From Pseudomonadota bacterium (GTDB taxonomy: Bacteria > Pseudomonadota > Gammaproteobacteria > Methylococcales > Methylomonadaceae): 64,000 bases of DNA. The notes under the pieces are model-generated. The model had not been told where the DNA came from, did no database searches, and saw only the letters and a program-made list of their open reading frames with translations. The DNA lies in contig JBDLTP010000050.1 in NCBI GenBank assembly GCA_039805765.1, forward strand, positions 10,378 to 74,377. The letters run 5' to 3'. Positions 8,117 to 17,005 of the stretch are shown in pieces. A program made the position numbers and the translations under genes. Each line of letters begins with the position of its first letter. The stretch's first letter is position 1.

Positions 8117-10267
8117 TTAAAGTTTTCCGTAATAACCTTCTTTTAGCGCATCAAATAAATTGGCTGCGCTGTGGATTTCCCCATCATATTCAATTTCATC
8201 ATTGCCTTTAAATTCAACGTTCGTGCCATCATCTAGCGTAAATTGATAGGTGGTATTTTCTAAATCGGATTCTTTAACAAGAACGCCTTGGAATACTTCA
8301 GGATTGAATCTAAACGTAGTACACCCTTTTAAGCCTTTATCGTAAGCGTATTCGTAAATAGATTTAAAATCTTCATACGGATAATCTGTAGGGACGTTAG
8401 CGGTTTTTGAAATGGAGGAATCAATCCATTTTTGCGCCGCTGCTTGAATATCAACGTGTTGTTTTGGCGTGACGGTATCTGCAGAAATAAAGTAATCAGG
8501 CAAAGGTTGATCTTCAATATACGGCATAGCCTCTGAATTGACAAGTTCGCGGTAAGCCAATAATTCATAAGAGAAAACATCTACTTTTTCTTTTGATTTT
8601 TTGCCAGCACGAATCACGTTGCGCGAATAATGATGCGCAAAACTTGGCTCAATGCCATTACTTGCATTATTGGCGAGTGAAAGTGAAATAGTCCCGGTTG
8701 GAGCAATAGAGCTGTGATGCGTGAATCTTGCGCCAATTTCAGCTAATTGCGCCACTAATTCAGGCTCAACTTGCGCTAATTGTTGCATATAACGACTGTA
8801 TTTTGCATGAAGTACGCTACCGCGAATATCATCCCCTATTTTATAGCCATCTTTGAGCATTTCTGGACGTTTATGCAGCATTTCTCCAGTCACTTTAAAT
8901 ATTTTCTGTAAAATTGGCGCAGCGCCTTTTTCTTGCGCTAAATGTAAGCCCGCTTTCCAGCCTTCTACCGCAAGTACTTGCGTAACTTTTTCGGTAAATT
9001 CGACAGATTCGATATCGCCATACTTCATGCCCAGCATGGTAACGGTTGAACCTAATCCCAAATAGCCCATGCCATGACGACGTTTATTAGTAATTTCATC
9101 GCGTTGTTCGGGGAGGGGGAGGCCATTGATTTCCACGACATTATCAAGCATACGAGTAAAAATTTGAATGGTTTTACGGTAACGTGGCCAATCAAACAGC
9201 GCTTTATCCGTAAATGGATTGCTCACAAAACCGGTTAAATTAATCGAGCCAAGTAAGCAACTGCCGTAAGCGGGGAGGGGTTGTTCACCACAAGGATTGG
9301 TTGCACGAATACTTTCACAAAACCAGTTATTATTCATCTCATTCACTTTATCAATCAGAATAAAACCAGGTTCTGCATAATCGTACGTCGAACTCATGAT
9401 AATGTCCCATAAGCGACGTGCCGGCATGGTTTTTGTGACGTGGCAAGCACAAAGTCCCGCTTCATTGCTGGCATAATCTGATTTATGCGGCAGATCACGC
9501 CAGATAATTTGCTCTGGATTATTGACGTCAAATTGTTCGCGATCAATTTCTTTTTGTGTCACCGGAAACGAAAAGGCCCATGTTTGATCGTTTTTCACAG
9601 CATTCATAAATTCTGATGTAATGAGCAGTGATAAATTGAATTGACGAAGACGACCATCTTCACGTTTTGCGCGAATAAAATCAATGACATCAGGATGACC
9701 GATATCAAATGTCGCCATTTGTGCGCCACGACGACCGCCTGCTGATGAGACGGTAAAGCACATCTTATCGTAAATATCCATAAACGATAAAGGGCCTGAT
9801 GTATATGCACCCGCGCCTGAAACGTACGCATTTCTCGGGCGTAACGTTGAAAATTCATAACCAATACCGCAACCTGCTTTTAGCGTTAAGCCAGCTTCAT
9901 GCACTTTCGCCAAAATATCATCCATACTGTCATGAATGGTGCCTGAAACAGTGCAATTAATCGTTGATGTTGCGGGTTTATGGGCTAAAGCGCCAGCATT
10001 TGACATGATTCGACCAGCAGGAATTGCGCCTTGGCGTAATGCCCATAAAAACTCATGATAATACTGTTCTTTTTGATTGGGCGTTAGTTCCACTTCAGCG
10101 AGTGCCTTGGCAACACGCTGGTAAGTTTCATCCATATCTTGATCAATAATCGATCCGTCTTTGTTTTTTAAACGGTATTTTGTATCCCAAATATCAAGAG
10201 AGGTTGATTGAAAAGGAATTTGGACAATCGGGTTAGAAACAGGCGTGATTTTTGCTGGTTTTGTCAT
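8117..10267 (-). CDS. nrdJ: Adenosylcobalamin-dependent (class II) ribonucleotide reductase
   Basis: 716 aa. Active-site finger loop NPCGEQPLPAYGSCLLGSINL. TINCTVSG and SSAGGRRGA segments typical of class II RNR. Confidence 0.9.
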   Translation of the reverse strand: MTKPAKITPVSNPIVQIPFQSTSLDIWDTKYRLKNKDGSIIDQDMDETYQRVAKALAEVELTPNQKEQYYHEFLWALRQGAIPAGRIMSNAGALAHKPATSTINCTVSGTIHDSMDDILAKVHEAGLTLKAGCGIGYEFSTLRPRNAYVSGAGAYTSGPLSFMDIYDKMCFTVSSAGGRRGAQMATFDIGHPDVIDFIRAKREDGRLRQFNLSLLITSEFMNAVKNDQTWAFSFPVTQKEIDREQFDVNNPEQIIWRDLPHKSDYASNEAGLCACHVTKTMPARRLWDIIMSSTYDYAEPGFILIDKVNEMNNNWFCESIRATNPCGEQPLPAYGSCLLGSINLTGFVSNPFTDKALFDWPRYRKTIQIFTRMLDNVVEINGLPLPEQRDEITNKRRHGMGYLGLGSTVTMLGMKYGDIESVEFTEKVTQVLAVEGWKAGLHLAQEKGAAPILQKIFKVTGEMLHKRPEMLKDGYKIGDDIRGSVLHAKYSRYMQQLAQVEPELVAQLAEIGARFTHHSSIAPTGTISLSLANNASNGIEPSFAHHYSRNVIRAGKKSKEKVDVFSYELLAYRELVNSEAMPYIEDQPLPDYFISADTVTPKQHVDIQAAAQKWIDSSISKTANVPTDYPYEDFKSIYEYAYDKGLKGCTTFRFNPEVFQGVLVKESDLENTTYQFTLDDGTNVEFKGNDEIEYDGEIHSAANLFDALKEGYYGKL

Positions 10268-10298
10268 GGGATTTTTCTATCGGTTGGAGGCAATTTAT

Positions 10299-10339
10299 CA
10301 ATATATAGATTATATCCATGAAATAAACTCAATATATAG
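10299..10339 (-). promoter_or_regulatory. Tandem NrdR boxes bracketing a TATAAT -10 element of the nrdJ promoter
   Basis: On the nrdJ strand the 10-nt core CTATATATTG occurs twice (complement of 10330-10339 and 10299-10308), spaced exactly 31 bp. It fits the published NrdR core CwAtATaTwG. A TATAAT (complement of 10309-10314) lies between them. Confidence 0.6.
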
Positions 10340-10546
10340 CATTTTATGTTTTTTATTTTGGGTGATAATGCAAATCAATGAGTTAGATTTTTTTGTCTTT
10401 TTTTTAACCGTTTATGATGCCATTTTGTCTTTTATTTAACATAATAAACATTATGCGAAGTAAAATGCAGGCTTTTTTAAGTCATTAAAATGGAGGTTGT
10501 CGTGCGCTTTCTTTTTTTATGAAAGTCACAAATTTTTGGAATAAAT

Positions 10547-10774
10547 TCACTTTAGAAGACAAATCGTAGGATTAAAATCATTCGCATCAACTAAGTGCTG
10601 CTCCGTAGTTAACATAGCGAGTTCTGCGCCCAATTGACTAGCAATAAAACCAACACGTTTACCATGATTTGTGTCATTCACCCCAACTAAAGATACTGCA
10701 TTTTCAATAGCGCCTATCATTTGACGAAGATGAATTTGGAGTTTTATAGGAGATTTATTCAAGAGGAAATTCAA
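10547..10774 (-). pseudogene. Truncated N-terminal fragment of an HD/HD-GYP-type phosphohydrolase
   Basis: The 75-aa ORF contains the first HD-domain helix pattern (DTNHGKRVGFIASQLGAELAM) but stops before the HD(I/V)GK motif. It is flanked by AT-rich non-coding DNA. Confidence 0.35.
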
Positions 10775-10879
10775 ACTTTATTTTGCGTTAAAACAAGATA
10801 CAGTTTAACAGAATTTACGGTTTCTACTTAAGGAGTTCGCGTCGCGAAAATAATTAACGCCATTATATTCGAGCAATAT

Positions 10880-10910
10880 AATTTAAAAATGCCACCGATG
10901 AAGTGGCATT
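10880..10910 (-). terminator. Rho-independent terminator downstream of the SmbP-like gene
   Basis: Minus strand reads AATGCCAC-TTCATCG-GTGGCATT followed by TTTTAAAT. It lies 20 nt after the stop at 10930. Confidence 0.6.
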
Positions 10911-10929
10911 GTGTTAACTCAGGGCGTTA

Positions 10930-11262
10930 TTATTTTGTGCTGACGATTTTGATGTGGATTGCGGCTGCTTTTGCATATTTAGTTGCTTCACCGGGATGGC
11001 CTAAATTCCCATGTTCAATCGCTTTTTGCAGTTCTGTTGATGCATTATTTAAAAGCAATTTTATGTCGCTTGGAGCTGTTGTCGCATCAGCTCGCGTTCT
11101 TTCAAGTGCTCTGGTTGCAAATCGAACCAAATTTGACGCATTGCCTGAGGAGCCTTCTTTGACGGCGGCATTGACGAGATCAACTGCTGTCGTATAATGA
11201 TCATCCGCAAAGAGAGTTGCTGCAAATAATACGCTTACTAAAAAAAAGGAGAGTCTTTTCAT
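10930..11262 (-). CDS. Small secreted metal-binding protein (SmbP-like)
   Basis: Signal peptide MKRLSFFLVSVLFAATLFA. The C-terminal LQKAIEHGNLGHPGEATKYAKAAAIHIK closely parallels, as far as I recall it, the Nitrosomonas SmbP repeat [27 protein letters not shown]. Confidence 0.55.
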   Translation of the reverse strand: MKRLSFFLVSVLFAATLFADDHYTTAVDLVNAAVKEGSSGNASNLVRFATRALERTRADATTAPSDIKLLLNNASTELQKAIEHGNLGHPGEATKYAKAAAIHIKIVSTK

Positions 11263-11869
11263 AAATCACTTTTACCTTGTTATTTTATTGGTTTGCTCTG
11301 GTATTAACCTGTATTACCTTATCCAACAGAACATCAAAGACTATTATTTAATAACAACTCAAATGGTGCTCTATAAAAGGACGTCAAATTATAGCAAAAA
11401 GCACTGCCATAAAACCTATATTCTTTTAAGTCATTGCGTCATTATTTGAAAGCGTCACTAGTCAAGGTGTAAAGCGTAATTGAAATTCCCTCACCTAAAT
11501 AACCATCCTAGTTTATTCATCGATTGATATTAAGCTACATCAGGCAAGATAAAACGGTGTATCATTGCTTGATCAATAAGTGTTTTCTATCGCTAAGGCA
11601 AATACATATAATTTACGTTTAAAATCAAGTAGATACCACCCCTCCCCCCGCACAGGCAACTCAGGTTACAAAAATAAAAATAGTTGAGATTTAATACCTA
11701 TCATATTGATTATAAGTAATTTATAGCTAAACACTTTTTCTATTTCCTCCTTAGATTAATCTTTCTCGATATAGTAAAATTATTGAATGCCTTTTTTTGT
11801 GATCGCTATCCATAATAAATGTTGTTTCATGACATTTATGTACCCAAACCAAGATTTGAGAACCACTTA

Positions 11870-13261
11870 ATGAATCTAAACTTACTTTTTCTTGTCGTGT
11901 GTCTATTTTTTCCATGTTTAAGTGTTGCAGATGAGACAAAAGCAGTCGCCAGTCAAGTTAATTTAACGCATCATATTGTTGGGTATTTATCGGTTGCTTT
12001 GACCATTTTTGCATATATTGCAGCAATGTCTGAAGATATCACCGAATTAAGAAAATCGAAGCCGATGGTACTGAGTGCCGCTTTAGTATGGTTTGCAATT
12101 TGTATTTATTACGCTTTGCATGGTGAAGCAAAAACCGCATCACTTGCGTTTGAAAGTAATTTACTTGCGTATGTTGAATTATTATTATTTATCTTAGTTT
12201 CAATGACTTATTTAAATACCATGTCGGAGCGCGGCGTTTTTAATGCGCTGAGAGTGTTACTTCTCAATAAACAGTTTAGCTATCGACAATTATTTTGGAT
12301 TACCGGTGGATTAGCCTTTTTACTTTCTATGGTAATCAATGGGTTAACCGTTGGACTACTGATGGGAGCCGTTGTCGTTGCCGTAGGCATAGATAAACCA
12401 AAATTCATTGCACTGGCTTGCCTTAATGTGGTGATTGCAGCTAATGCAGGTGGCACAGTCAGCCCACTCGGCGGCATTTCAACCCTGTTTGTTTGGCAAC
12501 ATAAAATCCTGCATTTCACTGAGTTTTTTGCATTAATGCTTCCCTGCTTGGTTAATTTCATGGTGCCTGCCAGTATCATGTTCTTTTCCGTACCTAAGGA
12601 AAAACCAGATGTGGCACATCAAGATATTTGGCTAAGACGAGGCAGTAAGCGTATTGTCTGTTTATTTGTTTTCACACTCGCCATTACTGTATCGTCAAAT
12701 GTATTACTCGAACTCCCGCCTGCAGCAGGAATGATGGCTGGACTGGGTTTACTGCAAATGTTTAGTTACTATTTAATGAAATCTGAAAATGCCAGTTTCA
12801 CCGGCATTGACAAAAGAACCAGAACGCTCGATATTTTTGACAGTATCCGAGATATTGATTGGGATACCCTTTTATTCTTTTATGGCGCTATGATGATTAT
12901 TGGTGCAGTAGGTTTCTTGGGTTATTTAGATTTAGTTGCGCATTTTCTCTTTGGTGAAATGAATGTGACACTGGCAAACATCATGATTGGTTTATCTTCT
13001 GCATTTGTGGATAATGGCACTTTAATGTTTGCGGTTTTAACTATGCATCCTGATATTTCCAATGGTCAATGGTTGCTTTTAACACTTACGCTAGGTGTAG
13101 GCGGAAGTTTACTTGCTATTGGATCTGCCCCAGGGGTTGGATTACTTGGTCAAATAAAAGAATATACGTTTGGTTTTCATCTTCGTTGGATGCCTGCTGT
13201 TCTTTTAGGGTATTTTTTAAGTATTGCTACGCATTTTTGGGTGAATTCTGCGGGATTTTAA
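11870..13261 (+). CDS. nhaD: NhaD/ArsB-superfamily Na+/H+ antiporter
   Basis: About 460-aa polytopic protein with an N-terminal signal-like segment and NhaD-like length and TM pattern. Start taken at MNLNLLFLVV (11870). Confidence 0.65.
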   Translation: MNLNLLFLVVCLFFPCLSVADETKAVASQVNLTHHIVGYLSVALTIFAYIAAMSEDITELRKSKPMVLSAALVWFAICIYYALHGEAKTASLAFESNLLAYVELLLFILVSMTYLNTMSERGVFNALRVLLLNKQFSYRQLFWITGGLAFLLSMVINGLTVGLLMGAVVVAVGIDKPKFIALACLNVVIAANAGGTVSPLGGISTLFVWQHKILHFTEFFALMLPCLVNFMVPASIMFFSVPKEKPDVAHQDIWLRRGSKRIVCLFVFTLAITVSSNVLLELPPAAGMMAGLGLLQMFSYYLMKSENASFTGIDKRTRTLDIFDSIRDIDWDTLLFFYGAMMIIGAVGFLGYLDLVAHFLFGEMNVTLANIMIGLSSAFVDNGTLMFAVLTMHPDISNGQWLLLTLTLGVGGSLLAIGSAPGVGLLGQIKEYTFGFHLRWMPAVLLGYFLSIATHFWVNSAGF

Positions 13262-13348
13262 TTTTAGGTCGACTCCATCAATGCCGTGCATGAATTCGCA
13301 TCAACAAAAATGTTAATTATCATCTTTTGGATTAATTAAAGAGGAATT

Positions 13349-14992
13349 ATGGATAATTTAGATAATTTACGCGGCAAAATTCATGGACGAGATTATCGCG
13401 CGACTATTCCTTCCAATTTACCAACTCGAAAATGGCTCCATAGCTGGCTGTTTGATGCTGAAATTGAAGGAAATTATCAAAAAGATGTAGAAAATTGGAT
13501 TGGTGCACTCATTGTCCTCAATTTAATTGCGCTTCTTTTTGAGCATGTTCACAAAATATATGAACCAAATCAGCATCTATTTCATTTATTTGATATTTTT
13601 TCAGTAATTATTTTTACCTTCGAGTATTTATTGCGTTTATATTTATCCCCCGAAGAGTTGGAGTTTACCGGAAATAAAAAACATAATCCTTACGTAAATT
13701 ATATTAAAAACCCTTTTGCGATCGTTGATTTTTTTGCTGTAGCGCCCTTTTATATTCAGGCGTTTTTGCCCATTGATTTACGAATATTACGATTTTTGAG
13801 ATTACTGCGAATTTTAAAGTTATTTCGCGTATTGATTCCTTCCTACCATGAATTTATCGCGCTAAATCAAGGTCGTACTTTTCGTCAAAAAATACACGCC
13901 ATCATTTTTCCAAGCGAATTTGGCGGAAGTTTACAAGGGCTTTTTGATAGCTTTATTGTTGTTTGGGTCATTATTTCTGTCCTCTGCGTTATTTTAGAAT
14001 CCGTTTCACAAATTCGCTACATCCTCCATATTCAATTCATTATTGTAGATGCTATTGCAGTCAGTATTTTTACCCTCGAATATTGTTTACGTCTGTATTG
14101 CTGTGTTGAAAATCCTCAATTTAGGCATCCTATTACAGGAAGATTTAAACAAGCAAAGACCACCTCATCGGTTATAGATTTTTTAGCAATTCTGCCTTTC
14201 TTTTTAGAAGTCTTTTTACATCATTTACTTGATCTACGATTTTTGCGTGTTTTTCGCTTAATGCGACTTTTAAAATTAACGCGCTACACTGGCGCCACGT
14301 CCACATTAACTAAAGTTATTGCGCGTGAATTCCCCGTGATGTGTACAGCAGCCTTCATTATGTTATTGCTGGTGATTTTGACAGCAAGCTTAGGTTATTT
14401 ATTTGAACACGACGCGCAACCAGATAAATTTGAAAATATTCCTCAATCCATTTACTGGGCGGTCATAACCCTTGCCTCTGTTGGATATGGGGATATTTCT
14501 CCGGTGACGTCCTTAGGGCGTTTTATGACTATTTTGATGTCGCTATTGGGAATTGGAATTTTTGCTATTCCTGCGGCGTTATTATCCTCCGCATTTACCG
14601 ATCAATTACGTATTGAGCGTGAAACACTTAAAAACTCACTTTATGAAATATTAAGTGATGGTATTATTGACGATAAAGAAACCGCTTTTATTGCTAAAGA
14701 AGCACAGCGTTTACATCTTAATGAAGATGAAGTGGCGCGACTAATTGATCGGGCGATTAAAGACCGTGAGTTACAAGATGATGTATCAACTCTTCCACTG
14801 CACAAGATTGCACAGCACCCCGAAACGGCAATTAAACATTATCGTTTATTACTTTCGCAAATTAAAATGCTGGGCATTATGACAAACAATGAAAAATTCA
14901 TAGAAACTGCAGTGAAACAAAACCGTCTCACAACCAGAGATCTCGAATTTTGGAACAAAATACATGTGCACGAAATCAATATAAAAAGTTAA
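13349..14992 (+). CDS. Voltage-gated-type K+ channel subunit with two tandem voltage-sensor domains and one pore
   Basis: K+ selectivity filter TLASVGYGD. Two S4 arginine ladders (LRILRFLRLLRILKLFR and LRFLRVFRLMRLLKLTR). Each is preceded by matching S2 (FTFEYLLRLY / FTLEYCLRLY) and S3 (AIVDFFAVAPF / SVIDFLAILPF) segments. Confidence 0.85.
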   Translation: MDNLDNLRGKIHGRDYRATIPSNLPTRKWLHSWLFDAEIEGNYQKDVENWIGALIVLNLIALLFEHVHKIYEPNQHLFHLFDIFSVIIFTFEYLLRLYLSPEELEFTGNKKHNPYVNYIKNPFAIVDFFAVAPFYIQAFLPIDLRILRFLRLLRILKLFRVLIPSYHEFIALNQGRTFRQKIHAIIFPSEFGGSLQGLFDSFIVVWVIISVLCVILESVSQIRYILHIQFIIVDAIAVSIFTLEYCLRLYCCVENPQFRHPITGRFKQAKTTSSVIDFLAILPFFLEVFLHHLLDLRFLRVFRLMRLLKLTRYTGATSTLTKVIAREFPVMCTAAFIMLLLVILTASLGYLFEHDAQPDKFENIPQSIYWAVITLASVGYGDISPVTSLGRFMTILMSLLGIGIFAIPAALLSSAFTDQLRIERETLKNSLYEILSDGIIDDKETAFIAKEAQRLHLNEDEVARLIDRAIKDRELQDDVSTLPLHKIAQHPETAIKHYRLLLSQIKMLGIMTNNEKFIETAVKQNRLTTRDLEFWNKIHVHEINIKS

Positions 14993-15078
14993 TTACGTTT
15001 TCACCGTATTTTAATTTTAAAGCGTGTTACTACGTTTTATATAGCGTCAATTTTTCAATTTTAATTAGTTAGGTATCT

Positions 15079-16968
15079 ATGTCCTTAGAAAATAAAAAAC
15101 TCAGTCCCAAGCAGTTTGCAGGATTAACTGCAGCAGCCATTGGCGTGGTATTTGGCGATATTGGAACAAGTCCACTGTATTCGGTCAAAGAAATTTTTCG
15201 TGAGCATCTTGTTTTAGACGAAAGTCACATTTTTGGTGTTTTATCTTTAATATTTTGGTCTTTGATGCTCGTGGTTGCTCTCAAATATGCTGTAATCATC
15301 ATGCGCGCAAACAATAGAGGTGAAGGCGGGGTGATGGCGCTGACAGCCCTAGCCTCAATGACCGCTAAAGATAATCCCAAAAAACGAAATATCATTATTA
15401 TGATGGGTATTTTGGGTGCAACCTTGTTTTATGGTGATAGTGTTATCACTCCGGCTATTTCAGTTTTAAGTGCGGTGGAAGGATTAGAGGTTGTTGCCCC
15501 ACAACTTGAGCATTACATTATTCCCATTACATTAAGCGTCCTCGCCCTGCTCTTTTTCATTCAGGCGCGTGGAACAGCTAAGGTAGGTAAAATATTTGCC
15601 CCTGTCATGGTGATATGGTTTTTGACATTAGCGACATTGGGTGTCAAGCAAATTATTGAGCAACCACATGTACTCATGGCAATCAATCCCTATTACGGCA
15701 TTCATTTACTTAGTGAATTGGGCGTAAAGGGTTTTTTGATTATGGGATCCGTTGTTTTGGTTATGACGGGCGCCGAAGCGCTTTATGCGGATATGGGGCA
15801 TTTTGGACTCAAACCCATTCGTTATGCGTGGTTTGGTTTTGTTTTTCCGGCATTGCTTTGTAATTATTTTGGACAAGGGGCGTTACTCCTTGAGCATCCC
15901 GAAGCTATTGAAAATCCGTTCTATTTGTTAGCGCCATCGTGGATGCTCTACCCCATGCTTGTATTGTCGACCTTTGCTACCGTTATTGCGTCGCAAGCCG
16001 TCATCTCAGGTGCTTTCTCCATTACAAAACAGGCTATTCAATTAGGGTACTGCCCACGTATGAATATTCAACATACCTCAGACAGTGAAATTGGACAAAT
16101 TTATGTGCCCACTGTCAATTGGATGTTAATGTTTTCAGTTTTTGTGTTAGTCATTGGATTTGAATCATCATCAAATTTAGCCTCCGCTTACGGTATTGCC
16201 GTGACAGGCACCATGATGATTGACACCATTTTATCGTTTATTGTGCTTCATGCGCTATGGCATTGGAATCGCATTATTAGTTTTTCATTCTTAACACTTT
16301 TTATGTTGGTAGATTCGGTATTTTTGTCTTCTAATAGCTTAAAAATTCTTTCTGGTGGTTGGTTACCTTTAGTGGTTGGTGGTTGCTTATTTTTACTGAT
16401 GACCACATGGATAAAAGGACGCGCATTTCTTGCACAAGCTATCGATGAAAAGAAAGTGCTTTTTGAAGATTTGGAAGAAAAAATTGCCGTTCGTGAATTG
16501 GCTACCGTCAAAGGCACCGCTGTCTATCTAGCGCGCAGTTTACATGGGATTCCACAGGTCTTAATCAATAATTTAGAGCACAACCACGTTGTACACGAAC
16601 GGATTGTTGTATTAACGATTGTGACTATTGAAGAACCTTATGTGAGTCGTGATAACCAACACATCAAAATTAAACGTTTTGGGAGTCAGGGACAGTTCTA
16701 TCGCATGAAACTCTATTTTGGTTTCAAAGAAAGTCCAGACGTTCGACATTCCTTGAGTTTAGCCGCGAAAGAAGGGTTAGATTTAACAGGTGATGACGTG
16801 ACATTCTTCATGGGAAGTGAACACATTAGTTTCAAAAACCGCAGTAAAATGCCCGTTTGGCGACGCGGTTTATTTTTATTTTTGTTCCACAATGCCAGCA
16901 GCTCCATTAACTTCTTTAAAGTACCCGTTGAAAAGGTGCTTGAATTGGGTGTGCGTGTTGAGCTTTAA
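15079..16968 (+). CDS. kup: KUP/HAK/KT family potassium transporter
   Basis: Hallmark N-terminal motif VFGDIGTSPLYS, 12-TM core, and a cytoplasmic C-terminal domain of about 180 aa. Confidence 0.9.
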   Translation: MSLENKKLSPKQFAGLTAAAIGVVFGDIGTSPLYSVKEIFREHLVLDESHIFGVLSLIFWSLMLVVALKYAVIIMRANNRGEGGVMALTALASMTAKDNPKKRNIIIMMGILGATLFYGDSVITPAISVLSAVEGLEVVAPQLEHYIIPITLSVLALLFFIQARGTAKVGKIFAPVMVIWFLTLATLGVKQIIEQPHVLMAINPYYGIHLLSELGVKGFLIMGSVVLVMTGAEALYADMGHFGLKPIRYAWFGFVFPALLCNYFGQGALLLEHPEAIENPFYLLAPSWMLYPMLVLSTFATVIASQAVISGAFSITKQAIQLGYCPRMNIQHTSDSEIGQIYVPTVNWMLMFSVFVLVIGFESSSNLASAYGIAVTGTMMIDTILSFIVLHALWHWNRIISFSFLTLFMLVDSVFLSSNSLKILSGGWLPLVVGGCLFLLMTTWIKGRAFLAQAIDEKKVLFEDLEEKIAVRELATVKGTAVYLARSLHGIPQVLINNLEHNHVVHERIVVLTIVTIEEPYVSRDNQHIKIKRFGSQGQFYRMKLYFGFKESPDVRHSLSLAAKEGLDLTGDDVTFFMGSEHISFKNRSKMPVWRRGLFLFLFHNASSSINFFKVPVEKVLELGVRVEL

Positions 16969-17005
16969 CTATTTGTAATTATTTGCAAACATCCCAGCGA
17001 AACGT

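Noticed and set aside
10268-10546. Cobalamin riboswitch upstream of nrdJ or, at 23594-23972, upstream of the HupE operon.
   Set aside because: I could not find the conserved B12-box core (GCCACTG-like) or the expected GC-rich helices. Both regions are very AT-rich. Only a covariance-model scan could fully exclude it.
10889-11197. 102-aa plus-strand ORF.
   Set aside because: It is antisense to the SmbP-like gene, which has a signal peptide, family similarity and its own terminator. The ORF start sits inside that terminator hairpin.
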